A stretch of DNA of 64,000 nucleotides from Octopus vulgaris (GCA_951406725.2 OX597825.1:33914001-33978000), one strand, 5' to 3'; shown: positions 1 through 14,535, counted from the first letter of the stretch. Notes: generated from the letters alone by a model not told the origin. Numbers and translations: made by a program.

Positions 1-270
1 GAAGGTGCATGTGCAGTTAAAAATGATGCACATTTAGTTGGAAATGGTGCATGTATGGCTGAAAATGATGTATATTCAATTGGTGAAGGTGCATGTGCAG
101 TTAAAAATGATGCACATTTAGTTGGAAATGATGCATGTATGGTTGAAAATGATGTATATTCAATTGGTGAAGGTGCATGTGCAGTTAAAAATGATGCGCA
201 TTTAGTTGAAAATGGTGCATGTATAGCTGAAAATGATGTATATTTACTTGGAAATGATGCATGTACAGTT
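1..270 (+). repeat. Coding tandem repeat, 84-bp (28-aa) unit built from four 21-bp (7-aa) subunits, at least 3 copies
   Basis: gaaggtgcatgtgcagttaaaaatgatgc recurs at 1, 85 and 169. Confidence 0.95.
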
Positions 271-378
271 GAAGAGGATTTATATTTCACTGAGGATGAA
301 GCATATTTTGTAAATTCAGTTGAAAATGATTTATGCTCAGATAAAAATACCACATATTCAAATGAAATCTTGCCATAA
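1..378 (+). CDS. 3' terminal exon (5'-truncated by the window) of a paralog of the minus-strand PLAT receptor; acidic Tyr-motif repeat tail
   Basis: Frame open from base 1 (EGACAVKNDAHLVGNGACM...) to TAA at 376-378. The C-terminus DVYLLGNDACTVEEDLYFTEDEAYFVNSVENDLCSDKN aligns with DIYLNENCSCTVHSDLCFTENQGYYVNSAEKDLCSGKN of the 14940-15387 exon. The first ~45 nt after the stops also match (taagtggttaagataaattaagtgaaagtgttttctcctaaaaa vs taagtgattaatataaattaattgaaagtgttttctcctaaaaa). Confidence 0.85.
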   Translation, partial: EGACAVKNDAHLVGNGACMAENDVYSIGEGACAVKNDAHLVGNDACMVENDVYSIGEGACAVKNDAHLVENGACIAENDVYLLGNDACTVEEDLYFTEDEAYFVNSVENDLCSDKNTTYSNEILP

Positions 379-1423
379 GTGGTTAAGATAAATTAAGTGA
401 AAGTGTTTTCTCCTAAAAAAAAATGTTTTTTTAAATAACAAAAAATCTACTGAGTGTTTCCTTAAGACTTAGCCAGAAAATACCTCAGCCACTAAAATAT
501 GCTTGAGTGAGGTACACAAAGCACAAGTGAAACACACAAAGCTTGAATGAGACACCCATTAACAAATACTGCTCCTACATTTCGAAAGGTGCTATTGTTA
601 CACATAAGATCCAAAAAATTATAGATAAATAAGGAAGAATGAAAATGAAAAAGAAAAGTCCATCTGGTTGGCTGTCAAGAACTTACCAATATACTACAAT
701 AATTTAAGTTTGCTCAGAGCTGAGCAAGTTCCCAAGCCTATTTTGTATTTTTTTTTATTTCACTTTTTTCTAATATCCTCATCACTTATTCTTTGTTTGA
801 AGAACAACCAGCTACAAACAACTATACCCAGATTATCCTTCAGCTCTCAGGAAGTACTTTCCTTCACAATATTTTAACCTCACAGCCAACAACTTGCATC
901 CTCAAACTGAGTAATAACCTTATCAATCTCACCAGTGTCAAGGGTTCTGTGAAGGATATGAGCCGTTATGTTTTATTTTATTTATTTTTCTCTCCAGACA
1001 GAAGCCATACACACAAAAAAAGTAATAGTTTGAATCAATCATGAAGCATAAAGTTAATAAATTGTATCATATTACTAAATAAATATTTTCCATACCCAGA
1101 CATTTAGGTGCTATCAGCTTTCCTGTCCAGACAGACAGTCAAAGAAATTCCCCTTTCTAAAGGAACTGCTGTCACTGAGCAACCAATCTTACTCTGACAA
1201 CATCATGTGGCTCACCTTGACCAATAGTAACCTATTTTCCATTAGCCATCTTGGACTCCCAGTATTTCTCCATTCAGTAATCTAAGACTGAAAGAGATAG
1301 ATGTCTGTTAGAGGCCCATGAAGCTTTAAGTCACATGGAGTTGAATCGAACTGTTTTAACCCTTTAACATTTAAACTGGTTAAATCCGGCTCAAATATTT
1401 TATATGTTTTACATTCAAATTCT

Positions 1424-1633
1424 TTTCTACTCTAGGCACAAGGCCCTAAATTTTGGGGGAGAGGACCAGTCGATTAGATTGAGTCCAGTACGCAATAGGT
1501 ACATAATTTATTGATCCTGAAATGATGAAAGGCAAAGTCAACCTTGGCAGAATTTGAGCTCAGAATGTGAAGACAGCCGAAATACTGCTAAGCATTTCAC
1601 CTGGTGTACTAACGTTTCTGCCAGCTTGCCACC
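1424..1633 (-). mobile_element. SINE family A (ggcgagctggcagaaacgttagc...gagttcaaattc...ctttgcctttcatcc); other copies near 4580-4790, 15725-15915, 24585-24790, 39200-39390 and 61418-62110
   Basis: Many dispersed diverged copies within the window, with B-box-like gagttcaaattc. Confidence 0.8.
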
Positions 1634-1722
1634 TGAAAATTTTACATTCAAATTGGCCACATCTAACCCCTCACACCTAACCTACACTAATATTCTAAAA
1701 AAAAATAATCACATTATTTTTT

Positions 1723-2125
1723 AGGCGCAGGAGTGGCTGTGTGGTAAGTAGCTTGTTTACCAACCACATGGTTCTGGGTTCAGTCCCACTGCGTGACACC
1801 TTGGGCAAGTGTCTTCTACTATAGCCTCGGACCGACCAAAGCCTTGTGAGTAGATTTGGTAGACGGAAACTGAAAGAAGCCCGTCGTATATATGTGTGTG
1901 TGTGTGTGTGTGTTTTGTGTGTCTGTGTTTGTCCCCCTAGCATTGCTTGACAACCGATGCTGGTGTGTTTATGTCCCCGTTACTTAGCAGTTCGGCAAAA
2001 GAGACAAATAGAATAAGTACTGGGCTTACGAAAGAATAAGTCCCGGGGTCGAGTTGCTCGATTAAAGGCGGTGCTCCAGCATGGCCGCAGTCAAATGACT
2101 GAAACAAGTAAAAGAGAGTAAAAGA
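1723..2125 (+). mobile_element. tRNA-derived SINE family B with central (TG)n; other copies near 7280-7700, 9490-9845, 10315-10795, 28350-28740, 51010-51425, 52565-52953 and 60045-60740
   Basis: Head ggcgcaggagtggctgtgtggtaag...ggttcagtccc (A/B boxes), conserved body and tail caaatgactgaaacaagtaaaagag; many near-identical copies. Confidence 0.9.
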
Positions 2126-2260
2126 GACATCATTGTAAACTCAAAGCTTCAAAGTAATGCAATTTGAATAAAAAAAAAGAACAAAGCATTACATTTAACA
2201 GAGTAATCTGAATGCTAAAGGGTTAAATAATAAATAAATATTGGAGCTTTTCTGTTTGGC

Positions 2261-2884
2261 AAAATTTGATGTACTAATGTAGTTTTCCAAGCTAAATCTC
2301 ATGAGATATTTCACTTTTTCTAGAATATTTTTTAGAAAAAGTTATAGAGGTTTAAAGTTTGATAATTTTCACCCAGTCAGAAAACAGGATTTGGAGGCTG
2401 TCAATTTGTGTTTGACAGCATGAGTTGTCAACATTATGAAAATAGCATGTATTTTAATATGAAACTGTAAATAAATCAATTTCTGCTTTATGTACAACAT
2501 ATAATCCGTTATGACTTTTTTTTTATTTTTGTAATTTTCAGAAAATTTTTGTGAATTTGTATTAAGTTTATTGAAAATTTTAAAATTTGATGTACTAATG
2601 TAGTTTTCCAAGCTAAATCTCATGAGATATTTCACTTTTTCTAGAATATTTTTTAGAAAAGGGTATAGAGGTTTAAAGTTTGATAATTTTCACCCAGTCA
2701 GAAAACAGGATTTGGAAGCTGTCAATTCGTGTTAGACAGCATGAGTTGTCAACATTATGAAAATAGCCTGTATTTTAATATGAAACTGTAAATAAATCAA
2801 TTTCTGCTTTATGTACGACATATAATCCGTTATGCCTTTTTTTTTACTTTTTGGAATTTTCAGAAAATTTTTGCGAATTTGTAT
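2261..2884. repeat. Near-identical direct tandem duplication, period 321 bp, about 2 copies
   Basis: aaaatttgatgtactaatgtagttttccaagctaaatctc starts at 2261 and 2582. Confidence 0.9.
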
Positions 2885-3300
2885 TCTACACTCAGGAATT
2901 TGTGCAATTATGCAAAAAGCAAAAGCAAAAATTAGTGGTTGTGTGATCTAAGAATTATTTAGTTCTTATTTTTAACACATCTCTTGACCAGGGTACAAGC
3001 AGCAGATGAGCACATTTGGCATAGAATATATTTGTTAATGCATGCTATCTCACAAACAAAAGAGTTCACATGTTTGTTTTGTTACTATGGAAACAGGCAT
3101 GAATTAGTCTATGGCTGAAATTACTCAAAATTTGCAAACACTAATAGCTCTTTATTTATTAACTTATGGTGAAAATGAATTTCATGACATTGATTAGCAT
3201 ATAAAACTACATCATTACACCGAATATAAAATCAATTCAAACAGAAATTGAAGACATTATTTACATTTGATGATATTTGTCCTCATCTTGTTTGTTGTTA

Positions 3301-3344
3301 GCACAAAGTTTCAGCTGATATATCCTCCAGCCTTCATCAGGTGT
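3301..3344 (-). ncRNA. Degenerate minimal type I hammerhead ribozyme (Penelope-like repeat)
   Basis: Minus strand acac-CTGATGA-aggctg...cagct-GAAA-ctttgtgc; stem III and cleavage site decayed. Confidence 0.45.
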
Positions 3345-5040
3345 CTTGGGGAAATTTTTAACCTGGGTTCTCATTCCTAAGATATTTTTCAATGCTATTA
3401 TTATTATTCTTATTCAGGATGTCCTGAATCCATACTTGGTACATGTTATTAGTACGTCAAATGTAAATAATGTACATAATTCCTCATCTCTTAAATATAG
3501 AACAGAAATTGAAGAGATTGGAAATTGGCAACCAAACAGAAAAGATTCTAAATAATTACTATTTCATGCGTTGCCATGGTGATCAATTGATCAACCAATC
3601 AAACAAAGCACTTTCTGCATCAAACAAAACACTTTGTGATTATTATTGTTATTGTTTAACCTGAGATAAATCCTGACTGATCAATTGTAAACCAATGATC
3701 AAAACAGCCCAGCTGTGATCAACCTATTTTTTCTATGTAAAGGAACCTAAAACCACATTAGCTTCCTTTGTTGTATCCTTTTGTAAGATGGTTGTGTGTG
3801 ATCTGAAAGAGATTAGCTGCCCCTTCTAGCATGATGAATGGTCACATAGAGATACCCTTGTTGGTTTGAATGTTTTATAGTATGTGGTTACTGCATTTTA
3901 CATGCTTCCTTCAGTTTCTACCAAGGTCAAATTTGCCTGTCATTCTCCTAGGACAATAAAATATGTGTTGGTCAAATATTAGATTTATACCAGCTCTTAA
4001 AAGTTGTAACCATGTGCCTTTGGTAGAAATCAGTGCTATGGAAAATATCTTGCTTGGAAACAAGTAAGGATTGGAAACAGGAAGGATGTCCAGCCTTAAA
4101 AAAAATCTGTCTCAGTAAATTCTGTCAGACCCATGCAAGCATGAAAACATGGACTTAAATGATGATGAAGAGGATGATTGGTTGATTTAAAACAGAACTG
4201 GGTGGTAAAATTGGAAGATGGAGGAATTAGATAATTTGTGCCTCAATCTCCGAGTTTAACAGTCCCAACTGGCCCTTAAGTACCTTTAGTGAAATTCTCT
4301 CTGCAGCAAGCATTTGAGTCAAGTTTTCAGTTTGAGGATAATTTCCTTTCCTGCCACCAACTTCTTGAAAAGTGGTATAGGTGTTACTCTCCTCCTCTGA
4401 CTAAACCATCAAAAAGAAAATAAAGATTCCTAACTTCTATTCCTGATGAGATCAACATTTACCTTTCATTCATTTGGGGCATTAAAGTAAATACCCATCA
4501 AGAACTGTAATTAATTCAATCACCTATAACTTCTGCAAAATTGTGTGGCTTTGTATCAATATTTAAAAACGAATGTAATATTTTGGCACAACTCCAGCAG
4601 GTTTAGGGGAGGGGCTAAGTCAATTAAATTGACCCCAGTGTTCAACTTGTACATATTTTATTGACTCTGAAAGGATGAAAGGTAGAGTTAACCCTGGCAG
4701 AATTTGAGCTCAGATCATAAAGATGGACAAAATGCTGTTAAGAATTCCACCTGGTATGCTATCAATTCTTCCAGTTCACTCACCACCTTAGAAACCAATG
4801 TAATATTAGTATCTGATGGAAGGTAGCAAAATTCATCCCTTCCTACTCATGGGACAAGCAAATTTATCTTGTTTTACAAGTAATACATTGGTTTCCAACA
4901 TAAACACAAGGTCTCATATTTGTAGAGAGTGGTTATAGTCAATGATATCACCCCTCAGTATTTGAATGGTACTTATTTTATTGACCCTTAAAGAATAAAC
5001 GGGCAAGTCAACTTTGGAGGAATTTAAATGCAGAATATAA

Positions 5041-5423
5041 TTGGATGGAAGCACTCCGTTGGTTACGACGATGATTGTTCCGGTTGATCCGAATCAATGG
5101 AACAGCCTGCTCGTGAAATTAACGTGTAAGTGGCTGAGCACTCCACAGACACGTGCACCCTTAACGTAGTTCTCGGGGATATTCAGCGTGACAGAGAGTG
5201 ACAAGGCCAGCCCCTTGAAATACAGGTACAACAGAAACAGGAAGTAAGAGCGAGAGAAAGTTGTGGTGAAAGAGCAGGGATCACCACCATCCCCTGCTGG
5301 AGCCTCGTGGAGCTTTTAGGTGTTTTCGCTCAATAAACACTCACAACGCCCGGTCTGGGAATCGAAACCGCGATCCTATGACCGCGAGTCCGCTGCCCTA
5401 ACCACTGGGCCATTGCGCCTCCA
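5041..5423 (-). mobile_element. Young tRNA-derived SINE (family C) with 10-bp target-site duplication
   Basis: Minus head ggaggcgcaatggcccagtggttagggcagcggactcgcggtcataggatcgcggtttcgattccc; CpGs intact; TSD cagaatataa at 5031-5040 and 5424-5433. Confidence 0.85.
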
Positions 5424-5805
5424 CAGAATATAAATATATGCTAGTAAATAAAGCAAGTGGCCATTGCTCAACCATTTCTGACAATCCAAATAATGTAGTA
5501 AATAATGCTGATGGGAAAATGCTATGAAGCAACTGCTAAGCTAAGGTATGAGGCAGTATGGCACAGCCGTTTTGGTACCACTTATTTGGCAACACTGATT
5601 CAACACTGATTTATTCAACATCAGATGTTTTACTAGTTTTCTCATTCTCTCTCATTTTCTCTTTCTCTCTTCTCCATTCCCTCTCTCTGCTTTTCTTTCT
5701 CTTTCTCTCTCTCACACTCTGTTTATGTGCGTGAGCATATTTCTCTTTATGTATGTGAGAAGGAAAGTCTTTATGTCAAATATGTTCAGTTAATAAATTG
5801 CAATT

Positions 5806-6056
<251 letters not shown>

Positions 6057-6670
6057 GAGGGGTTTAGTTCACTGGTGATCTAAACGAATAGGTTCCAAGT
6101 TCATAGTTGAGGCTGAAGCTAGGGATCTGTAATAGGTTTCCGTGTCCACAGGTATATATCATAAATTAATATTTGGAGGGTTTCTTTCAGGCAGAGTCCA
6201 CATGTGGAGCACTGGCCTTGATATGTGACACCAGAATCTATCATGGCCCAGGCTATCCTATACGGTACTTTCCTATTTATCAGATGGTGTATGTGGTTGG
6301 CTCGGGGAAAAAAGCTTATATTTGGAAAGCAAACCTCTTACCACACAACTATCCACTCACTCACAACCCACTTCTGTATATCTCGATATCTGTCTTCCTC
6401 ACTCTATATACCTATGTGGACCATTTACATACTAGCTAACCAATTCAACATGAATACATCATTCAAAAGTGCCTAGATTTACCTGGGATTATACCTAATG
6501 GTTTATACCTTCACAGAAGTACAGACCAACCACCATACCCTCTGGAAAAAGATGAACTGTGAACTTTGTTTCCCTGTCTGTATTTTTTTATTTATTTTTA
6601 ATCTTTAATTTTCTATTTTATTCCTTATAATCTGTAAATTTCCCTGTCTAGAACTTTCATACATACCTTG

Positions 6671-6744
6671 TCTCTGATGATGGAATACCCAGTGTACATA
6701 CATGCTAGCCTATCACTTGGGATATCATAGAAACAACTGTGAGA
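6671..6744 (+). ncRNA. Degenerate hammerhead ribozyme in a Penelope-like remnant
   Basis: tct-CTGATGA-long stem II-GAAA-caactg-tg-aga; cleavage triplet mutated. Confidence 0.45.
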
Positions 6745-6858
6745 TTTCAGATTCACCTTACCCTAATTAAATTATTATAAATGACTTGAGATACTCAGCC
6801 TGCTTTGGTTTTTGTTGTCATTTTCCTCTAATATATATATACATATATATATATATGA

Positions 6859-7147
6859 ACGTGGCCGATGCCAGCGCCGCCTTGACTGGCTTCCGTGCCG
6901 GTGGCACGTAAAAAGCACCAATCCGATCGTGGCCATTGCCAGCCTCGCCTGGCACCTGTGTCGGTGGCACGTAAAAAGCACCCACTACACTCTCGGAGTG
7001 GTTGGCGTTAGGAAGGGCATCCAGCTGTAGAAACACTGCCAGATCAGACTGGAGCCTGGTGCAGCCTTCTGGCTTCCCAGATCCCCAGTTGAACCATCCA
7101 ACCCATGCTAGCATGGAGAACGGACGTTAAATGATGATGATGATGAT
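6859..7147 (+). mobile_element. RTE-tail SINE/LINE 3' end with (GAT)n tail; copies near 22100-22340, 23385-23840, 27440-28027 and 44300-44610
   Basis: gtgccggtggcacgtaaaaagcacc modules and ...ccatgctagcatggaaa...gatgatgat tail, shared with the RTE LINE 3' ends at 8170-9185 and 55095-56850. Confidence 0.8.
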
Positions 7148-8169
7148 ATATATATATATATATATATATAGTTGTCTCATTCTGTGGAAACAAAAATAAA
7201 AATATTCTTTAGAATATCTTAGTCTTCTGTTTATTTCAGCAGCCTGAACTTGGAATAACATTTTGAAGTACAAAGTACCACAAACTGGGTTCAGTTCCAC
7301 TACATGGCATCATGGAAAAGTGTCTTCTGTTGGAGCCCTGGAGTAACCAAAGCCTTGAGAGTGAATTAGGTAGACAGAAACTGTAAAGAGCCACTATAGC
7401 TGTGTGGTAAGAAGTTTACTTTCCAGCCACATGGTTCCAGATTCAGTCCCACTGTGCGGTACCTTGGGCTGATCAAAGCCTTGTAAGTGGATTTGGTAGA
7501 TAGAAACTGAAAGAAACCTGTTGTATATGTATCTTGTGTATGTGTTTTTGTATCTGTATTTGTCTCCCCACTACTGCTTGACAACAAGTGTTGGTGTGGT
7601 TACATCCTCATAACTTAACATTTCAGCAAAAGAGACCGATAGAATAAGTACCAGGCTTAAAAAAAAAATTATAAGTATTGGGTTTTATTTGTTCAATTAA
7701 AATTCTTCAGTAATCTGAATACTAAAGGGTTAAGCTTAGTTCAGCCTCAGAAAAAAGAAGTTTGATCAAAAAGCATTCCAGCCATGACCGTCCTGTTTTT
7801 TCCTTCTGTCAAAGAAACCCAAGACTGAATTATCCAACACTGATCTTTTTTAAGATGATAGGACATGATGTGCAGTAAATTTGGTTGCTGTTGTAGAGAT
7901 TTGAACCCTGGCTATAAAATAATCAGATTGTGATCAAGAGTATGCCATTACAGTTTCATGTGATTGATCTATAATTTGACCAATCAGCTTCTCAAATATT
8001 CTAGTTTTGCACCCTTTTACCTTTTTACCTTAGTTAAACATTTTGGCACCTAAATTACAGCGACTTCAGTTAGCCTTCAACCAAAGCATATCACAGCTAG
8101 CTTTCAAACAAGACATTGTGTTTATTGTCTCTAAGCATTTCTCTCTTCCAAATAACTGTTTAAGCCAAC

Positions 8170-9185
8170 ATCATCATAATCATCAACATTTAATGTCTGC
8201 TGTCCATGCTGGCATGGGCTGGAAGGTTGCACCAGACTCCAGTCTGATTTGGCATGGTTTCTACAGTCAACCAATCTAAGGGTATAATGGGTGTTTTTAT
8301 ATGCCACCAGCACAGGTGCCATTTGCATGATACCAATATCTGCGATGACTGTGATTTTACTTGGCTTGATGGGTCTTCTCAAACACAACACAATGTCAGA
8401 GTCTCGGTCATTCCTCATTGCCTCTGTGAGGCCGAACACTCTAATGGAGCTCTTTACATGCCACCAGCATCAACCACTTTGCCTCAATGAGGCCCTACAC
8501 TCAAAAGGTGCCAGTTACATGATGCCAACATTGGTCATGACTACGATTTCACTTGGCCTGACAGGTCTTCTCAAGCACTACATATCACCAAAGGTCTTGG
8601 TCACTAGTCATTGCCTCTGTGAGGCCAAAAGTTTGAGGATCATGCTTCACCACCCCATCCCATGTCTTTCTAAGTCTACCTCTACCACAGGTTCCCTCTA
8701 GTTAGAGACCAGCACCTCTTTACACAGCTGTCCTCGTCCATGCACATCACATGACCATACCAGTGCAGTTGCCTCTCTTGTACACCACATCCAATACAAA
8801 TTATGCCCAACTGTTCTCTCAAGATACTTACACTCTGTTGTACATGCTCACTGACATTGCACATCCAGCGAAGCATCCTGGCTTCATTTCTTTCAAGCCT
8901 ACACATGTCTTTCGCTGCCACAGCCCATATTTCACTGCTGTGTAGCATAGCTGCTCACACACAGTCATCATACAATCTGCATTTCACTCTGAGAGGGAGG
9001 CCCTTTGTTGCCAGTAATGGTAGGAGCTCTCTGAACTTTGCCCAGCCTATTCTTATTCTCACAGCTATGCTCTCAGAGTATCCACTTCTGCTACTAACTT
9101 AGTCACCTAGATAACGGAAGCTATCTACTACCTCTAGCTTATACCTCTGGCAATTAATGGAGTCTATTTTCTGCACATTTTCAGA
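8170..9185 (-). mobile_element. RTE-clade LINE, degenerate 3' part
   Basis: Translation LERNEARMLRWMCNV...QERQLHWYGHV (RT C-terminus) followed by an RTE tail. Confidence 0.85.
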
Positions 9186-10477
9186 GATAAGTAGCTGTGT
9201 TGCTCTGACTAATGACCAAAGGAATTCCAGCAATACCCTCCCATTGTTTATCAGAGTATATTTAGTATATTTATTGCATTATCTAACTCATCCATAAAAT
9301 TATAAACAACTGCATGCAAATATGGGGTTGAAAATTCCTTTTGAATACAAAATGTCAAATGTTGCCCTTAGGACACGAACCCACAACTTCTGCAGACATA
9401 ACAAGTGTTCAAGCCACGGGCAACTGACTTTTCTATCTGAAGGGATTTTTTTTAATCTAAAAGAATTTTTATTACATATATATATTTACTTTTTATCTTT
9501 TACTTGTTTCTGTCATGTAACTGTGGCACTGCTTTGAAGGGTTTTAGTTGAGCAAAATTGACCCCAGGACTTTTTTTTTAAAACCTAGTATTTATACTAT
9601 CAGTCTATTTTGCTGAACTATTAAGTTATGGGGATGTAAATGCATCAATACTAGTTGTCATAGATATATACATATAAATATACAACAGGCTTCTTTCAGT
9701 TTCCATCAACCAAGTCCTCTCACAAGGCTTTGATCAGCCCAAGGCTATAGTAGAAGACACTTGCCCAAGGTGCCATGCAGTGGGACTGAACCTGTAAATA
9801 TGTGGTTGGGAAGCAAACTTCTTACCACACAGTCACACCTGCACCTATGTATATGATACAGATATAGTATAAAACTACATTAAAATGCAAATCCCAAACC
9901 AAAGAAAACAGAAACCCTGTTTTCTTTCTTGCTTCACTCATGTTTCTGTTTTTTGGGGGTTTGGATTTGTATTTTAATGAAGTTTTGTCTTATATATTTA
10001 TCATATACATACATGTTATATATGTAGTAAAATCATGGGTAGACGGAAACTGAAAGGAGCCCATCATATATATGTATATATACATATCTATGTGTGTATG
10101 AGTTTTCGTGTCTGGGTTTTCCCCCTCTACCACTTGACAACAAGTGTTGGTGCATCTATATCCCCATAATTTAGTGGTTCAACAAAAGAGTTCAACAGAT
10201 TAAGTAGGAGGCTTTAAAAAAAAATAAGTACGGAATCAACTAATACTTCTTCAAGGCAGTGCCCCAGCATGGCCACACTCTAATGACTAAAACAAGTAAA
10301 AGATAAAAGATATAGGCACAGGTGTGGCTATATGATAAGAAGCTTGCTTCTCAACCACATGGTTCTGGGTTCAGTTCTTCAGTGTGGCACTTTGGGCAGG
10401 TATCTTCTACTATAGCCCAGGGCTAACAAAAGAATTGTGAGTAGATTTGGTAGACAGAAACTGAAAGAAGTCCAAAT

Positions 10478-10556
<79 letters not shown>

Positions 10557-13500
10557 CATGTGTGCATCGTGTGCGCATGTGTGTGTCAGTATTTGGTCCC
10601 CACCACTGTTTGACAACTAGTATTGGTGTGTTTACATTACTGTAACCTTGTGATTCAGCAAAAGGGACTGATAGAATAAGTACCATGCTCTAAAAAACGT
10701 AAGTCCTGGGGTCAATTTGTTCGACTAAAACCCTTCAAGGTGATGCCCCAGCATAGCCACAGTCAAATGACTGAAACAAGTTAAAGATGAAAGATATAGT
10801 TTTGGAAATGTGGTGGATTTCTAATCAATGAAGACATTCTCAGAGTTCAACAACTGTCTTCACATGTAAATTCATAAACACATTAGTCACATCCCAAAAT
10901 CTTACCAAGCCAATCTGCCAAACTGACATGTTAGATGAACCTCCTTACTATTCAGATCAAGCTTCACCCGCTCTTTTTCAGTTTCCTATTTGGGTTGACT
11001 TGCACTTCTTTGCCCATGTATCCATCTTTCATACACAGCACAGGTATATCCCAACACTATCTTTCTTTGTATGCTGCAGATCATTTATCTGATGCTCCTT
11101 CTCCTTCTCTCAGCTTACCTATACTTCATAATTCATGCACAATAATGTGGCGAAATGCAGTCTCCTGACATCAACACGACTCCAACAGCTGAGTCAGAAG
11201 CTGGGAAACTGCAAACCAGCCCATCAAGCCAACTTTCCCAGAGAGAAAGAAGTAGTCATTTATGGCTAGATTTCTTGAGTAATGTAGTTCATTGTTGCCC
11301 TAGTTCACACCAACTCTAGTTCGTCATTGTCCAGCTTCACACTTCCTACTCACACCACCAACTGTGTACACACACACATATACAGCACTCAGTATACTCT
11401 TTGGAATGGTTAGCATTGAAGTGGGCATCCAGCTGTAGAAACCAAAGCAAAACAGACTATGGAACTTGGTGCAGCCCCTGGCTTTACCAGATCCTGTCAA
11501 GCCACTCAACCCATGCCAGCATGGAAAAACAGGCATTAAATGATGATAATTATAAATTGTATGTGTGTATAATATTCACCCTTATATCAGATACAACCCT
11601 ATTTATGAATAAGAAAATCCCAGGGAAAATATCTTGAAACTGACCTAAATATAAGTTTTTATGAAAAAGAAGTTTCTGATCAGTTGTATTAAAATACACT
11701 GAAAATGATCAAGCATTTCAAAATGAAAAGTAATTTTGAAAGTGATCTTTGAACTTTATAGCAATTGCACTTTTATGGGTTACACCAGAAAAGCTTATAT
11801 TGTGGACATCACATTCATGTTTTTTTCTAGAAAAATCAATTTTTTATAATGATGGTGAAATTAATTTTTTACTTAATTTTATTCTCTTGTTTTCATAGTA
11901 AGGAACCATTATTTCATCAGAAGAAAACTAAGTATTTCTTTGAACTTGAATTTTAAAGACCCTTCTAATTTTTATATTATGTATTTTCTTTTAAAATTGG
12001 TTTTGAGCTGTAGAAATTCATGATCTGAATAAGAATCTTAATAAAACATCACTTTAGATTTTTACAGAGTAGAAAATCATTTTAAACTCTTCCAATCAAA
12101 TGTTTTGTATATAATTTCATGCATTTATTGTACAAAAATACTGTCTAATAAACACCAAAAATGTTTTATTGCTACCAACATTATATTTCCTTTTTTTTAA
12201 AATTATTTTTAAATTATTTTATAAAAACAAGCTTGCTTAGTTTGATGGCTTCCACTCAATACAATATTCCATAAATGCATACTTATGAAATATATAAGGT
12301 ATATTCATGACACCAGCCCTGAATATGAGACATTTTGGCACAGCCATTTTGGTACTGCCTATTTAACACTAGTAATTTATCTAATATCAGACAATTTAAT
12401 GTTTATCTCTAGTGGGTGCATATTTCTCTATGTGTATGAACAGGAGGAAAGTCTTCTTTTCAATCAAATTCAATTAATAAATTATTGTCTCTCTCTCTTC
12501 CTATTTTTATGTGTATAATTCTGTAAGTATGTGCATGTTTGATGCCAACATCGTCACATTCATTTTAGAATGAGCAACATAAAATCTCTAGTGCTGGTAC
12601 CATGAAAACTTAGTTCTACTACTCACTGTGAAGAGGTTGTAAATAAGCAGAGAGTATATAGAGTTGCAAGGTCCTTTCACTCCTGTCTCCCAAAAAACAA
12701 TTCAACCACTAGCTTGGTGCCACAAGAACATACACCAGTACACTTTATTATGATTGGTGCTAAGAGCATGCATAGGAACCAAGCCAAATGACACAAACAA
12801 GCACCAGTCTAGTAGTTCCCAATAAGAAAGAAGTTGAACCATTACAACCCATACCAGCATGGAAAGCAGAATAAAATGATGATATCCTATGTTCATTACC
12901 TGTCACACTGCTAGATAATTTTCTCTTGTGTAGACTTTTAGTTTCAGCTTTTGGCCTGTACATATGTAATGATTTTTGTGAATGTTGTTTGAGCTTCAAT
13001 CACAAGAGTATTTAAATAAATACAATAAGCTGAATAATTGCAACTATTGCCAGTACATTCTTCTAACAGTCTGAGGATCATAGAAATTAAGTGATTTGAA
13101 ATCACTACTCCTGATTGACAGAAACTATGAAGAAACCTGTTACCTAATCCAGCTCAACTTAAGCTATATTTTAACACCAGTATTTGTCCCATAAGGTGTT
13201 TTTAGCAGAGACCACTCTGTTAAAAGCACTCAAACCAAGTCCCATGATTCTTCTTCCTACCAGCCCAAAAGATCCTTCAAACAGTACATGGATACCATCT
13301 TTTCTCTTCTTAGATGAAATGTCCTGCTCAGACTGAGACTAAAATAAGAATTCCAATGTTCTTATCCAGTAGGAAAGTCTTTAAGGATAATCGTTTCTCA
13401 ATTTTAATTTAAACTTTTTTCAATAAAAGTAATATATAAATGCTGAATTTGGTGCTTGATTTAGTGATTGGATCCTAAGCATGTACAATATTCCTTATCC

Positions 13501-14503
13501 AAGATACACCACTTAAATTCTATATTAGAATTATATGCATTACCTGCTTTATTTCCTGCCCTCCTGTGGTTTTTACTTCTAAGTTATATCTTAAAGGATA
13601 TCTGGTTTTAATCTTAACACCATCTATTTATGACATTCCTGACAAAACATGGGTGTTTTAAAAAGACCAATAATGAAGCATCAGAGTAGATTCCAAGTTG
13701 TCCATTTTCGAAATACTAGTATATCTAGCAACTTATTTATATGCCTACTTTTTTCATGCTGGACAAAACTTTATGGGTTATGTGTTTTTATGTAAGGTAC
13801 AGTATTCCATTGGTCCTTACATGTCAAACCACTGAGCTGAAGAACAAAAACATCACTGATCAAGCAGTGTCAAATGCAAAGATATACAGAAGCACACACA
13901 CATACAAACACACACCACACACCACACACACACACACATCACACACAGATATGCACACACACACACATCACACACACATACACACACACACATCACACAC
14001 ACACACACACATCACACACACACACATGCACACATACACACACACACTCACACACACACACACATGCATAATAAAAGTCAATACAACACATATTTATATA
14101 TACATGAGTGTATAAATATCTATACACAGAGAGGTAGCCCTTGACAGGATGCCTTACATGCTAGAAAGTGCAACCAAACCCAAACCATGTAAAAAATAAT
14201 TCCAAAGAGAATGAAAACGATTCTGCCAGCTCACTGTCTTAATTAATAATTAAAATAATAAATACAACTGCTTAGTGTCAAATTTCGAACAGTGAATTAT
14301 ATTAAAGAAAATTAATCAAATATATTAAAACTTAATATGTTAATGGAATTGAGCATTAAAAATTTTATTATTATCAAATTTATTGGATGAAAAATTATCT
14401 CTTATTCTTATTTTTTCATAATATAAGTTTTTACGAAATAAAAACGAAGAAAATTATATATTTTGTTTCTTTTTTGGTTCAGTCTATTTTAGATATGGTA
14501 TGG

Positions 14504-14535
<32 letters not shown>

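Larger units (their letters stand above)
1356..2226. mobile_element. piggyBac-like TTAA MITE with two nested SINEs
   Basis: Termini ttaaccctttaacatt (1356) and aatgctaaagggttaa (2211-2226) are inverted repeats with TTAA ends. The same end motif occurs near 7718 and 50248. Confidence 0.55.

Noticed and set aside
5350-5423. tRNA gene
   Set aside because: It is the tRNA-like head of a SINE, with body, tail and TSD.
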